Translations under genes and position numbers: made by a program
NCBI GenBank assembly: GCA_900758885.1
Contig: CAAETD010000025.1
Coordinates: 13,129-77,128 of the forward strand
Length of the DNA: 64,000 nucleotides
Source: an uncultured Collinsella sp.
GTDB taxonomy: Bacteria > Actinomycetota > Coriobacteriia > Coriobacteriales > Coriobacteriaceae
Reading direction: 5' to 3'
Part shown: in pieces, positions 30,004-39,885 of the stretch
Numbering within the stretch: position 1 is the first letter of the stretch
Layout: every line of letters starts with the position of its first letter
The notes under the pieces: model-generated
The model's input: only the letters and a program-made list of their open reading frames with translations
Database searches by the model: none
Told to the model about the DNA's origin: nothing

Positions 30004-30924
30004 CTACTCGCCCCGGGGATGGGCCTGGGTCACGGCGCGCTTAAGCCGATCGGGCGTAAGATGCGTGTAAATCTGCGTCGTGGACAGGCTCGCATGTCCC
30101 AGCAGCTCTTGAACCGAACGCAGATCCGCGCCGCCCTCGAGCAAATCGGTCGCAAACGTGTGGCGCATCGCATGCGGGGCAATGTCGGCAGGGATGCCAG
30201 CGAGCGTCGCCAGCATATGGAACCGTCGTCTGAGCATAGCGGCACTCATGCGATTACCGCGCGCAGAAATATACAGCGGATGGGGACCGTTTACGGTATC
30301 GCGACGCTTAGCCTGCGCGAGCAACTCCGGTCTCCCCTCCTCGACATAGGTGCGCGTCGCCTCGAGTGCGCGTCGATACAGAGGAACGATACGCTCCTTG
30401 CTCCCCTTGCCCCATAGCCGCAGCGTGCGCTCGGACCATGAGACGGATTCCACATTGAGCGCCGAAAGCTCCGAGATGCGGGCGCCCGAGGCATAGAGCA
30501 GCTCGAGCATCGCCGCATCGCGCAGTCCCGCGGGCGTCGAGGTATCAGGCGTCTTGAGCAGCGCCTCGACCTGCTGAGTCGTAAGGACGCCGGGCAGGTC
30601 GCGCGGCAGCTTGGGCGATGCGATAGCCGAGACCGCATCGCCCTCGACAATCCCCTCGGCAGCCATCCAACGATAGAGCGACCGAATAGCCGACAAATGT
30701 GCCGCAAGGGTGCGAGGCGCCACCTGCTCGCGCGAAAACTCGGCCAAATACGCGCGGACGGTACGCACATCGGCCATACGCGCGTCGACACCCGTACGCT
30801 CGCACCAGGCAGCAAAGCGCTCCAACCGCGATCCATAGGCAGTCACCGTATTGGGAGAGAGCCCCTCGACACGTGCGATGTAGGCGATAAACGAGTCGAC
30901 GGTATCGTACAGGTCAAAGGCTAT
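30004..30924 (-). CDS. xerC: Tyrosine recombinase XerC
   Basis: LYASGARISE, GKGSKER, PHAMRHTFAT, LLGH, TTQIYTH. The conserved N-terminus F..YI...EGLSPNTVTAY lies upstream of the ORF-track start; proposed start is ATA at 30924. Confidence 0.88.
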   Translation of the reverse strand: MAFDLYDTVDSFIAYIARVEGLSPNTVTAYGSRLERFAAWCERTGVDARMADVRTVRAYLAEFSREQVAPRTLAAHLSAIRSLYRWMAAEGIVEGDAVSAIASPKLPRDLPGVLTTQQVEALLKTPDTSTPAGLRDAAMLELLYASGARISELSALNVESVSWSERTLRLWGKGSKERIVPLYRRALEATRTYVEEGRPELLAQAKRRDTVNGPHPLYISARGNRMSAAMLRRRFHMLATLAGIPADIAPHAMRHTFATDLLEGGADLRSVQELLGHASLSTTQIYTHLTPDRLKRAVTQAHPRGE

Positions 30925-32258
30925 GACCGGTCGCCCCCAAACAAGTCGGAACGCGTGGCCAAGTAGGCATCGAGGGCCTCGAGCGCGCGATCCGCATATG
31001 CCTGGTAGCGGTCGCGTTTACTGCGGCGCTTGCCGTCCTCGAGTGGTGGCACCAAGCCAAAGTTAACGTGCATGGGCTGATAGCCCACCGTTGCCGGATC
31101 GGTCGCATAGCCCACGAGCGCGCCCAGGGCACCCACGCGAGGAAGCTCAACAGGAGCCGCACAGATAGCCTCGGCATAGGTGTTGAGCGCAGCGAGCAGA
31201 CCGGTCGCCACGGCCTCCATATAGCCTTCGGTGCCGGTGATCTGACCGGCGAGGCGCACGCTCGTACCGGGCACGGCAAAGGTGCCGTCAAGAACGTGCG
31301 GCGCATCGACAAAAGTATTGCGGTGCATGACGCCATAACGGAAGAACTCGGCATTCTCCAGACCGGGAACCATATGGAAGACACGCTTTTGTTCGCCAAA
31401 GGTCAGGTTGGTCTGGAAGCCCACCAGGTTGTAGGCGGTCTTCTCCTTGTTCTCGGCGCGCAGCTGAATCGCCGCCCAAGGGCGACGTCCGGTACGCGGG
31501 TCGGTGAGGCCGACGGGCTTCATGGCGCCAAAGCGGATGGCATCCTTGCCAGTGCGGGCGACTTCCTCGGCAGGCTGACAGGCCTGGAACAGGTCGCCAC
31601 CCTCAAAGTCCTTGAGCACCACGCGGTCGGCGGTGGTGAGTGCCTCGATAAAGGCCTCGTACTCCTCCTTGTTGAGCGGAGCGTTGAGATAGTCGCCGCT
31701 CCCCTGCTCCTCATAGCGCGACTGCGAGAACAGCACGTCCATATCGAGCGTGGAGGCATCGACGATTGGCGCGGCAGCGTCAAAGAACGCCAAGGCGTCG
31801 CCACCGACGAGCTTCATGACCTCTTCGCTCAATGCCGGAGAACACAGCGGGCCCGCGGCAATGACCACGTGGCCCTCGGGAATCTGCGTGACCTCGCCGT
31901 GCACGACCTCGATATTGGGTCGAGCGGCAACCTCGGCCTCGACAAGCTCGGAAAACTTGACGCGGTCGACCGCCAGGGCACCGCCGGCGGGAACAGCCGC
32001 GCGATGGGCGCAATCGAGCAGGACTGAACCCATGCGCTCAAGCTCGGCCTTCAGCAAACCAGCCGCGGAATCCGGACGGGTCGACTTAAACGAATTCGAG
32101 CAGACGAGCTCTGCCAGGTGATCGGTATGGTGAGCCGGGGAGCTCACCTGGGGGCGCATCTCGCACAGCTTTACGGCAAAACCGCGATCTGCCAGCTGGA
32201 TCGCGCACTCCGAACCCGCCAGACCGCCACCGATAACTGTCACCTGATCGAACTGCAT
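30921..32258 (-). CDS. trmFO: Folate/FAD-dependent tRNA U54 methyltransferase TrmFO (Gid)
   Basis: IGGGLAGSE, AELVCSNS, VGFQTNL, YGVMHRNTF, AGQITGTEGY. Confidence 0.97.
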   Translation of the reverse strand: MQFDQVTVIGGGLAGSECAIQLADRGFAVKLCEMRPQVSSPAHHTDHLAELVCSNSFKSTRPDSAAGLLKAELERMGSVLLDCAHRAAVPAGGALAVDRVKFSELVEAEVAARPNIEVVHGEVTQIPEGHVVIAAGPLCSPALSEEVMKLVGGDALAFFDAAAPIVDASTLDMDVLFSQSRYEEQGSGDYLNAPLNKEEYEAFIEALTTADRVVLKDFEGGDLFQACQPAEEVARTGKDAIRFGAMKPVGLTDPRTGRRPWAAIQLRAENKEKTAYNLVGFQTNLTFGEQKRVFHMVPGLENAEFFRYGVMHRNTFVDAPHVLDGTFAVPGTSVRLAGQITGTEGYMEAVATGLLAALNTYAEAICAAPVELPRVGALGALVGYATDPATVGYQPMHVNFGLVPPLEDGKRRSKRDRYQAYADRALEALDAYLATRSDLFGGDRS

Positions 32259-32272
32259 CTGCAAACACCTTT

Positions 32273-33208
32273 CTAATTGACACGTTTTCCATTGTGACCG
32301 AAGGGTGTCTGGGCGTGAAGGGCAAACTTGGAGGGCGCATACCTTCCATCCATCATGCGATCGATAAGACCCTCGAGTTCAAGCGAACCCAAGAGTTTGA
32401 GTACGCCGACAGCATCGAGCGAGACGAGCGCCGCGATGTCGTCGACCTTGAGCGGAGAGGCGATGAGCGCATGCATCACGGTCTGCTGCGTTGGATCCAG
32501 GTCGGCAATGCCGGGAGCATCGGGGCGCGAGTAGCGCAGGGTTCCGTAGATGCGTGAGATAGCCATCTCGATAGATTCCTCGTCGACGATGCAGCAGGCA
32601 CCGTTCGCAATGAGGTAATTCGTGCCACGCGACTCGGGCGATAGGATCGACCCCGGCACGGCAAGAAGTTCGCGCCCCAAATCCATAGCAGCCTCGGCTG
32701 TGGAAAACGTCCCAGAAGGCATACCCGCCTCGGATACAAAGAGGGCTTGCGACAGGGCCGCGATTACGCGATTGCGGCGCGGAAAGGCGAACTTGCGCGG
32801 ACCCATGCCCCACGGAGAGATCGACACGACCGCGCCACCCGTATCAAGCGTGCGCGTAATCAGCCCCGCGCTCGAACGCGGGTAGACCACGTCGGCGCCC
32901 GTCCCCAGCACCACAACGTGTTTGCCGCCGGCGTTGACCGCAGCCCAACCCGAGGCCTGGTCACAACCGACCGCACCGCCCGAAACTACCGTCACTCCCG
33001 CCTCAACCGCCACCTTCGCCGCAAGCTCTGCCACGGCAAGACCATACGGCGAGGCCTTTCGCGCACCGATGATGGAGAGCGCGGGCGTCGAAAGCGCCTC
33101 GGGGTTGCCGCGCACATAGAGCGTCTGAGGTACATCAGAAAGCTCCAAAACGGTCTCGGGATACAACGCGTCACCTGGATGCAGCTCGAAGGTCCCCTCA
33201 GCCATCAT
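32273..33208 (-). CDS. dprA: DNA processing protein DprA
   Basis: IIGARKAS, VSGGAVGCD, FPRRNRVIA, C-terminal winged helix; ATGA overlap with comM. Confidence 0.95.
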   Translation of the reverse strand: MMAEGTFELHPGDALYPETVLELSDVPQTLYVRGNPEALSTPALSIIGARKASPYGLAVAELAAKVAVEAGVTVVSGGAVGCDQASGWAAVNAGGKHVVVLGTGADVVYPRSSAGLITRTLDTGGAVVSISPWGMGPRKFAFPRRNRVIAALSQALFVSEAGMPSGTFSTAEAAMDLGRELLAVPGSILSPESRGTNYLIANGACCIVDEESIEMAISRIYGTLRYSRPDAPGIADLDPTQQTVMHALIASPLKVDDIAALVSLDAVGVLKLLGSLELEGLIDRMMDGRYAPSKFALHAQTPFGHNGKRVN

Positions 33209-34728
33209 TGGTCCCTCCTTCCCTGGTACATCGCCGCCTCGAGCACGTGGTCCTGCGTCACCTGCTCGCTCTCGGCGACATCTGCGATCGTGCGCGCAAT
33301 GCGAACAAGGCGCACGATGCCACGCCCTGTGAGATGCGTGCGCTTCGACAGGCCGAGCACACACTTCTCCGCCGCATCATCGAGCTCAAAGGTCGAAACG
33401 ACGCCGTCAATGGACCGTGTCTCGTCATCCTCGGCCTCGGCATCCGCATCGTCCATGCGGGATTCGCGCCAAGCGCGAAAGGCGCGACCGCGCACAACGT
33501 AGTCACGTAACTCGGCCGACGACATGCCCTCCGCACCCTCGATAATCACTTGGGGATCGGGACGGGTCACATCGATCATCATGTCGATACGGTCGGCCAA
33601 AGGACCGCGCAGTTTAGACCGATAGCGCTCGACCATCGCCGCCGAGCAGCGACACGGCACCTCGCGATCGCCCAAAAAGCCGCAGGGGCAGGGATTGCTC
33701 GCAGCCAGCAGCTGAAAGCGCGACGGGAAGGTAAAAGCCCCGTCGACGCGTACGATCCTCACGTAGCCGCGCTCGATGGGCTGACGCAGCGTCTGCAGCA
33801 CGCCAGTGGGAAACTCGGCAAGCTCGTCCAAAAAGAGCACGCCGCCATGAGCAAGGCTGATCTCACCCGGGTGCACCGGGCGCCCACCGCCAATGAGGCC
33901 CGCCGTTGAAATGCTGTGATGGGGGCTTCGAAACGGCCGATGACCTGCCAATAAGCCATCGATGTTCTCGCCCAAGACCGAATGGATGCACAGTGCCTCC
34001 TGCTGATCCTCAACGGAAAGCTCGGGCAGGATGCCGGTCATACGGCGTGCGAGCATGGTCTTGCCCGAACCGGGCGAGCCGATCATGAGCAGGCCGAGCT
34101 CGCCGGCCGCCGCAAGCGCCATGCCGCGTTTAGCGACTTCCTGCCCCAGCACGTCTGCATAGTCGAGCTCGGGCTCAAAGGTCGCCTCGACACCCTCGGA
34201 ATCCAAGTAGTGCCGTGCGGCATCGCCCATGCCGTGAGCAAGCTGAGACAGATGGTCGATAAAGCCGCAATCCACGCCCGCGAGTGGCACATGCTGGTCG
34301 GACCTGCCGGCGATAAAAGACAGCCCCATGTCGCGAGCCAATAGCTGAAACGCCACCTCGCCTTTGACAGGAAGCACCGTGCCGTCCAAGCCGAGCTCGC
34401 CGGCGATAAGACAACGATCGAGGTTGTCGCGGGGAATCTGACCATCGGCCGCTAGAACCGCGATGGCGATGGGCAGATCAAAGCCGCTACCGGTCTTGCG
34501 AATATCGCCGGGCGCCAGGTTGACCGTAATGCCCGAGCGCGGGATCTCAAAGCCGGCCGAGCGCATCGCACAGCGAATACGACCACGTGACTCCATCACC
34601 TCCATACTCGGGATGCCGAGCATCTGAATGCCCGGAACGCCGCCGGCAAGCGAGACCTCGACCGTGACGGGAATCGCCTCGACGCCGCGGATGCAGGCCG
34701 CGTGAACGGCAAACGTCTCGAACGCCAT
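33205..34728 (-). CDS. comM: ComM/YifB helicase-like AAA+ ATPase
   Basis: VNLAPGD.RK.G.GFDLPIA, GSPGSGKTML, PFRSPHH, PGEISLAHGGVLFLDE, NPCPCG. Confidence 0.95.
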   Translation of the reverse strand: MAFETFAVHAACIRGVEAIPVTVEVSLAGGVPGIQMLGIPSMEVMESRGRIRCAMRSAGFEIPRSGITVNLAPGDIRKTGSGFDLPIAIAVLAADGQIPRDNLDRCLIAGELGLDGTVLPVKGEVAFQLLARDMGLSFIAGRSDQHVPLAGVDCGFIDHLSQLAHGMGDAARHYLDSEGVEATFEPELDYADVLGQEVAKRGMALAAAGELGLLMIGSPGSGKTMLARRMTGILPELSVEDQQEALCIHSVLGENIDGLLAGHRPFRSPHHSISTAGLIGGGRPVHPGEISLAHGGVLFLDELAEFPTGVLQTLRQPIERGYVRIVRVDGAFTFPSRFQLLAASNPCPCGFLGDREVPCRCSAAMVERYRSKLRGPLADRIDMMIDVTRPDPQVIIEGAEGMSSAELRDYVVRGRAFRAWRESRMDDADAEAEDDETRSIDGVVSTFELDDAAEKCVLGLSKRTHLTGRGIVRLVRIARTIADVAESEQVTQDHVLEAAMYQGRRDQ

Positions 34729-35213
34729 CACGACACCTGCCAATCGAACGCGTTGTACTGATGCTCGATCTCGGCGATATGCCCGCCGCGAATGGTGACA
34801 CCCACTGCATCGAAGCGGATCGCCTTGAGCGGATAGTGCTCCATGAGATAGCAACTTGCGATACGGCGATACCGACGCTGCTTTTGGGCATCCACGGCCT
34901 CCTCGGGAAAGACCCGCGTGGTGCAATCCAGGGCGACGCGCCTGGTCTTGACCTCGGCCATCACCACGACATCGTCAAGCTCATCGAGCAACACCAGGTC
35001 GGCCTCGCCCTCAGTGCAACGATAGCCCTGCTCCAGCAAGGTGTAGCCGCGCTCGTTAAAGTAGTCGATGGTGATCAGCTCGCCCAGCATGCCCAGCTCG
35101 CGAGGACTGAGCCCCTTGATAAACTCGGGCGTCATCGCCCCGCAGTCGAGCTCGCCGTTTTCCCAACGCTCCTTGAGCTGCTGCGTCTTGCTCTTTTTGC
35201 TTGCGGCACTCAT
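34728..35213 (-). CDS. yraN: YraN family PD-(D/E)xK nuclease
   Basis: LG..GE, GEADLV, AEVKTR, EAVD..KQ, RFDAV. Confidence 0.9.
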   Translation of the reverse strand: MSAASKKSKTQQLKERWENGELDCGAMTPEFIKGLSPRELGMLGELITIDYFNERGYTLLEQGYRCTEGEADLVLLDELDDVVVMAEVKTRRVALDCTTRVFPEEAVDAQKQRRYRRIASCYLMEHYPLKAIRFDAVGVTIRGGHIAEIEHQYNAFDWQVS

Positions 35214-35284
35214 GGGGTCTCCTTTCCAGCACACTGCATTGCCCCGATGATGAGGGCACCTTTCATGCGGGTAAGTACCGGAAG

Positions 35285-35304
35285 CAAACCAAAAGCTGAC
35301 CAAA
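35285..35304 (-). promoter_or_regulatory. Candidate competence box upstream of yraN-comM-dprA (TTTGGTCAGCTTTTGGTTTG)
   Basis: 18/20 match to 5939-5958; lies between the rnhB terminator and yraN. Confidence 0.6.
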
Positions 35305-35311
35305 TGCCGTC

Positions 35312-35353
35312 AAAAAACGGGCCGTACGCAGCAATGTTGTTGCATACGGCCCG
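35312..35353 (-). terminator. Terminator after rnhB
   Basis: CGGGCCGTA..GCAGCA/TGTTGC..TACGGCCCG stem plus TTTTTT on the minus strand. Confidence 0.8.
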
Positions 35354-35402
35354 CTACCAGCAGGTTTATAGAATCCCAAAGGTCCCTGTCTCCACAATTG
35401 AC

Positions 35403-36191
35403 CTAGAAAAGGCGCTCAGTCTGCAGAAAGTTTCCGCAAAAGCTCACGCGGTGCAGCGGACAAAGTCCATGTTTGCGAATGGCCTCGATGTGCTCGGGAC
35501 TCGCATAGCCCTTCGACTCGGCCAGATGGTACTCGGGATACTCGGCGTCGTACTCGACCATCATCTCGTCACGCGTGACCTTGGCCATGATGGACGCCGC
35601 GGCGATGCAGGCGATTTTGGCATCGCCCTTCACCACATCGCGCTCGTTAGGAACGGCGCCCAGGGGGTTGCCGTCCATGAGGACGCAATCGGGCTCGAGC
35701 CCCGTATCGGCCACCGCACCCGCGACGGCGGTACGGATAGCGCGGGCCATACCCATCTCATCAATATCCTTAGGCGCGATATGGCAAAAACCGATCGCCC
35801 TCGCCACCTCGGCAATCTTCACTGAGAGCAACTCGCGGCGCGCGGGCGTGAGCTTTTTGGAATCGTTGATACCCCAGACGCGCGGCTCCATAGGAAGACA
35901 GACGGCGCACACTGTCAAAGGACCGGCCACCGATCCGCGACCCACCTCGTCGACACCAACGACTACCCCATCGCCGCCTAGCTCATGCATAAGCTCATAC
36001 ATGTCATTGACGCGCTCGCGCTCGGCAAGCTCTTTGGCATGGCGTTTGAGGGCGCGTTCGCAAGCCTTGATCACCTGCTGGCGCGGATCCTCGCGATAAT
36101 GCTCCACGAGGGCGGGAATCTCCTCAAACGTAGCGCTCGCCAGCTCGCCAGCAACTTGCGATGCCGAAACCGAGCTCGTCATATTGGCCAT
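35403..36191 (-). CDS. rnhB: Ribonuclease HII
   Basis: GVDEVGRG, DSKKL, VKGDA, IAAASIMAKVTRD, KGY. Confidence 0.96.
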   Translation of the reverse strand: MANMTSSVSASQVAGELASATFEEIPALVEHYREDPRQQVIKACERALKRHAKELAERERVNDMYELMHELGGDGVVVGVDEVGRGSVAGPLTVCAVCLPMEPRVWGINDSKKLTPARRELLSVKIAEVARAIGFCHIAPKDIDEMGMARAIRTAVAGAVADTGLEPDCVLMDGNPLGAVPNERDVVKGDAKIACIAAASIMAKVTRDEMMVEYDAEYPEYHLAESKGYASPEHIEAIRKHGLCPLHRVSFCGNFLQTERLF

Positions 36192-36220
36192 ACCAGGCCC
36201 TCCTTGCATGCAAATCAGAT

Positions 36221-36250
36221 AAAAAGAAGGGCCACCCGAAGGTGACCCTT
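36221..36250 (-). terminator. Terminator after rplS
   Basis: Sense AAGGGUCACC-UUCG-GGUGGCCCUU followed by CUUUUU. Confidence 0.8.
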
Positions 36251-36284
36251 ACGTCCAAACGAGTGGACAGACGCTGCGATCTTC

Positions 36285-36626
36285 TTAGCGCTTCTCGGGG
36301 ATGCGAGCAGCCTTGCCCACCTTGTCGCGGAGGTAGTACAGCTTGGCGCGACGGACGCGACCATGACGAACGACCTCGAGCTTGGCGATCTTGGGGCTGT
36401 GAAGCGGGAAGGTACGCTCAACACCGACACCGAAGGACATCTTGCGGACGGTGAAGGTCTCGCGGGCACCGGCGCCGGCCATGCGGATGACGTCGCCCTG
36501 GAAGACCTGGATGCGCTCGCGGTCGCCTTCCTTAATGCGGTAGTGAACCTTGACGTTGTCGGCGACGCGAACCTGAGGAATGTCCTCGCGGATCTGCTGA
36601 CGCTCGATTGCGCGGATGTAATCCAT
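36285..36626 (-). CDS. rplS: 50S ribosomal protein L19
   Basis: [32 protein letters not shown]. Confidence 0.98.
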   Translation of the reverse strand: MDYIRAIERQQIREDIPQVRVADNVKVHYRIKEGDRERIQVFQGDVIRMAGAGARETFTVRKMSFGVGVERTFPLHSPKIAKLEVVRHGRVRRAKLYYLRDKVGKAARIPEKR

Positions 36627-36836
36627 GTGCAATTCCTTACTCTTCTAGAGGTGCCGTACCACCATGGCCGGCACGTAGTTGAACAAACGTATTTGAGTAT
36701 ACACGCGCGGGTTTCTGCTGCAAGAACAATTTTTTACGCAGACAAAAAGACAAAACCCGCACATGATAACCGCCCTTCTCACAAATGAGACGGGCGGCAT
36801 GAAGGGGGGCTACACCAGGCGTCTACGCCCAAAACG

Positions 36837-39587
36837 TTAGGCGGAACGCTTGGCCTCGAGCTTGGCCTGGGCGGCCGCAAGACGTGCGAGGGGTACGCGA
36901 TAGGGCGAGCAGGACACGTAATCCACGTCGGCCACGTTAAACAGGCCCTTGATGGACTTGGGGTCGCCGCCGTGCTCGCCGCACACGCCAAAGTGCATGT
37001 CGGGATTGGTGGCGCGACCCTTCTCGACGGCCATGCGCACCAGCTCGAGTACCGCCGAGTCGATGGTCTCGAAGGGGTTGTCCTTCAAAATCTTCTTGTG
37101 CATGTACAGCGGGATGAACTTGGCCTCGGCGTCGTCGCGGGAGAAGCCGAAGGTCGTCTGCGTGAGGTCGTTGGTGCCAAAGCAGAAGAAGTCGGCATGA
37201 TGGGCGATCTCGTCGGCAACCATGCAGGCACGCGGCAGCTCGAGCATCGTGCCCACGGGAATGTTGAGCTCGACGCCCTCCTCGGCGGATACCTCGGCGA
37301 TGACACGCTCAATGACCTCGCGCGTCTGGACATGCTCGGCCGTAATGGAGACGAGCGGAACCATGATCTCGGGGCGCGGGTCGACGCCTTCCTTAATGAG
37401 GCGGGCGGCAGCCGTTGCGACGGCACGGACCTGCATGAGCGGCAGATCGCCAAAGACGACGGACAGGCGCACGCCGCGCAGGCCAAGCATCGGGTTGGAC
37501 TCGACCATGCTGTCAATACGACGCAGGCGGGCACGCAGGGCAGTGAGCTCCTCCTCGGGAGCGCCGGCGGCCTCCTCCTTGGTGATGGCGACCTCGAGCT
37601 CGCGGGGATTATCCAAGAACTCGTGCAGCGGCGGATCGAGCAGGCGAACGACCACATCGCGACCGGACATGGTCTTGAACATCGCCAGGAAGTCCTCGGT
37701 CTGAACCTTGAGCAGGTCGGCCAGGGCCTGCTGCTTCACGGTCTCTTCGTCAGACAGGATAAAGCACTGGATGATGTTCTTGCGGTCGCCCAAGAACATA
37801 TGCTCGGTGCGGCACAGACCGATGGCCTCGGCGCCAAATTCGAGTGCGAGTGCAGCATCCTCGGGGCTGTCGGCGTTGACGCGCACATGGTTGGCGTGAC
37901 CGTCGGTCTCGTCCAAACGGATCTCGTCGGCCCAGGACAGGATGCTGTCCAGGTCGCCGGTGAGCTCGGCCGAGACCAGGTCAACGGCGCCGTCGACGAC
38001 GATGCCCTGGGTGCCGTCGATGGAGATGACATCGCCCTCGTGCAGCACGCGATCGCTACCCTCGATGCGCACGACCTTCTCGGCGGCGTCGATATGGAAG
38101 CGCTCGACACCGCAGACGCAGGGCGTACCCATGCCGCGGGCGATAACGGCGGCATGGCTCGTCTTACCGCCATGGCTGGTCAGAATGCCCTCGGCGGCAA
38201 CCATGCCCTTCAGGTCGTCGGGGTTGGTCTCCCAGCGAACCAGGATGACCTTGTGGCCCTCGTTGGCGCGCGCGACGGCGTCATCACTCGAGAACACGAC
38301 CTCGCCCACGGCGGCGCCGGGGCTGGCATTGAGGCCGGTAGCAAGTGCCTCGTACTTCTTGGAGGCATCGAACTGCGGATGCAAGAGCTGGTCGAGCTGC
38401 GCAGGGTCGATGCGGCTGACGGCCTCCTCGCGAGTGATCAGGCCCTCCTCGACCATCTCGATAGCGATGCGCAGCGCGGCGGTGGCGGTACGCTTGCCCA
38501 CGCGGGTCTGGAGCATCCAGAGCTTGCCCTGCTCGATGGTGAACTCGATATCGCACATATCGCGATAATGATCCTCGAGCGTCAGGAACACGCGCTCGAG
38601 CTCCTCGCCTGCGGAATCGAGCCCCGGGGTGGTCTTGAGGTCAGCGATAGGCTCAGTGTTGCGGATGCCAGCGACAACGTCCTCGCCTTGGGCATTAACC
38701 AAAAAGTCACCGTAGAACTCCTTGGTGCCGTCGGCCGGGTTGCGCGTAAAGGCAACACCGGTCGCAGAGGTCTCGCCCTTGTTGCCAAAGGCCATGGCCT
38801 GGACGTTGACGGCGGTGCCGAGCTCGTCGGAGATGCCGTGCTGTTTGCGATAGATGCAGGCGCGCTCGTTCATCCAGCTGCCAAAGACGGCCTGGATGGC
38901 AAGGCGCAGCTGGAGCTCCGGATCGTGTGGGAAGACGGGCTTGCCATCGGCGACCTCGAGCTCGGGATACAGGGCGGCATCGACGTTCTCGGAGAAGATG
39001 CCCTTAAAGGTCTCGACGAGTTCCTGCAGGTCCTCGGCCGAAAGCTCGGAATCGACGCGAACGCCGGCGACCAGGCGGGCCTGGGTCAGGGCGTTCTCGA
39101 ACAGGTCGGCATCGACACCCATGACGACGTTGGAGAACATCTGGATAAAGCGACGATAGCTATCCCAGGCAAAACGCGGGTTCTGCGTCTGCGCGATGAG
39201 GCCCTGGACGGAATCGTCATTGAGGCCCAAGTTGAGGACCGTGTCCATCATACCGGGCATGGAGAACGGAGCGCCCGAACGAACCGACACGAGCAGCGGA
39301 TCGGAGGCGTCGCCGAGCTTCTTGCCGCAGCGGGCCTCGAGGTCCGCCTCGGCGGCAACGATCTCATCGAGTGCGCCCTCGGGCCACACGTTGCCGGCAC
39401 CGGAGTACTCGACGCAAGTCTGGCAGGTAATGGTAAAGCCACCGGGAACCGGCAGGCCGATACGGCTCATCTCGGCAAGGTTAGCGCCTTTGCCGCCAAG
39501 CACGAAGTTCATGGACTTGTCGCCCTCGGTGACACAGGTGCCCTGGGCGTCGGTTCCAAAACGGTAAACCCTCTTGCAATCGCTCAC
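36837..39587 (-). CDS. ppdK: Pyruvate, phosphate dikinase
   Basis: LGGKGANLAEM, SMPGMMDT, GGKTSHAAV (phospho-His), CRTEHMF, CGEHGG. Confidence 0.98.
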   Translation of the reverse strand: MSDCKRVYRFGTDAQGTCVTEGDKSMNFVLGGKGANLAEMSRIGLPVPGGFTITCQTCVEYSGAGNVWPEGALDEIVAAEADLEARCGKKLGDASDPLLVSVRSGAPFSMPGMMDTVLNLGLNDDSVQGLIAQTQNPRFAWDSYRRFIQMFSNVVMGVDADLFENALTQARLVAGVRVDSELSAEDLQELVETFKGIFSENVDAALYPELEVADGKPVFPHDPELQLRLAIQAVFGSWMNERACIYRKQHGISDELGTAVNVQAMAFGNKGETSATGVAFTRNPADGTKEFYGDFLVNAQGEDVVAGIRNTEPIADLKTTPGLDSAGEELERVFLTLEDHYRDMCDIEFTIEQGKLWMLQTRVGKRTATAALRIAIEMVEEGLITREEAVSRIDPAQLDQLLHPQFDASKKYEALATGLNASPGAAVGEVVFSSDDAVARANEGHKVILVRWETNPDDLKGMVAAEGILTSHGGKTSHAAVIARGMGTPCVCGVERFHIDAAEKVVRIEGSDRVLHEGDVISIDGTQGIVVDGAVDLVSAELTGDLDSILSWADEIRLDETDGHANHVRVNADSPEDAALALEFGAEAIGLCRTEHMFLGDRKNIIQCFILSDEETVKQQALADLLKVQTEDFLAMFKTMSGRDVVVRLLDPPLHEFLDNPRELEVAITKEEAAGAPEEELTALRARLRRIDSMVESNPMLGLRGVRLSVVFGDLPLMQVRAVATAAARLIKEGVDPRPEIMVPLVSITAEHVQTREVIERVIAEVSAEEGVELNIPVGTMLELPRACMVADEIAHHADFFCFGTNDLTQTTFGFSRDDAEAKFIPLYMHKKILKDNPFETIDSAVLELVRMAVEKGRATNPDMHFGVCGEHGGDPKSIKGLFNVADVDYVSCSPYRVPLARLAAAQAKLEAKRSA

Positions 39588-39885
39588 GATACTTCCCCTT
39601 CCATGCGCTTACGCGCACGACCGTGGTAACGAATCGACCCGCCAGATGCGGGCCGTGAGGGAACTATACGGCGGGTTTTGAGCGGGCTTAAGCAGAGGAT
39701 GCGCGGTTTGGTAAACGTGCTAAAACTGGCGGTAAACGGTAGGTAAAGGTGGTTACCTTATGAAGAGACCAATGCAAGAGAATTGCAGGTCAAATGCAAG
39801 TTTTTTGCTAAATCGCTTTACCAATATCGTGCATTATTTTTAGGTAGTCTTTTTGAGACGGTGCATTTTTAGCTACCGAAATGAG

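Noticed and set aside
30004..30924. Tyrosine recombinase as a phage or ICE integrase
   Set aside because: About 306 aa, host-like composition, dprA-trmFO-xerC housekeeping synteny, no att sites or cargo.
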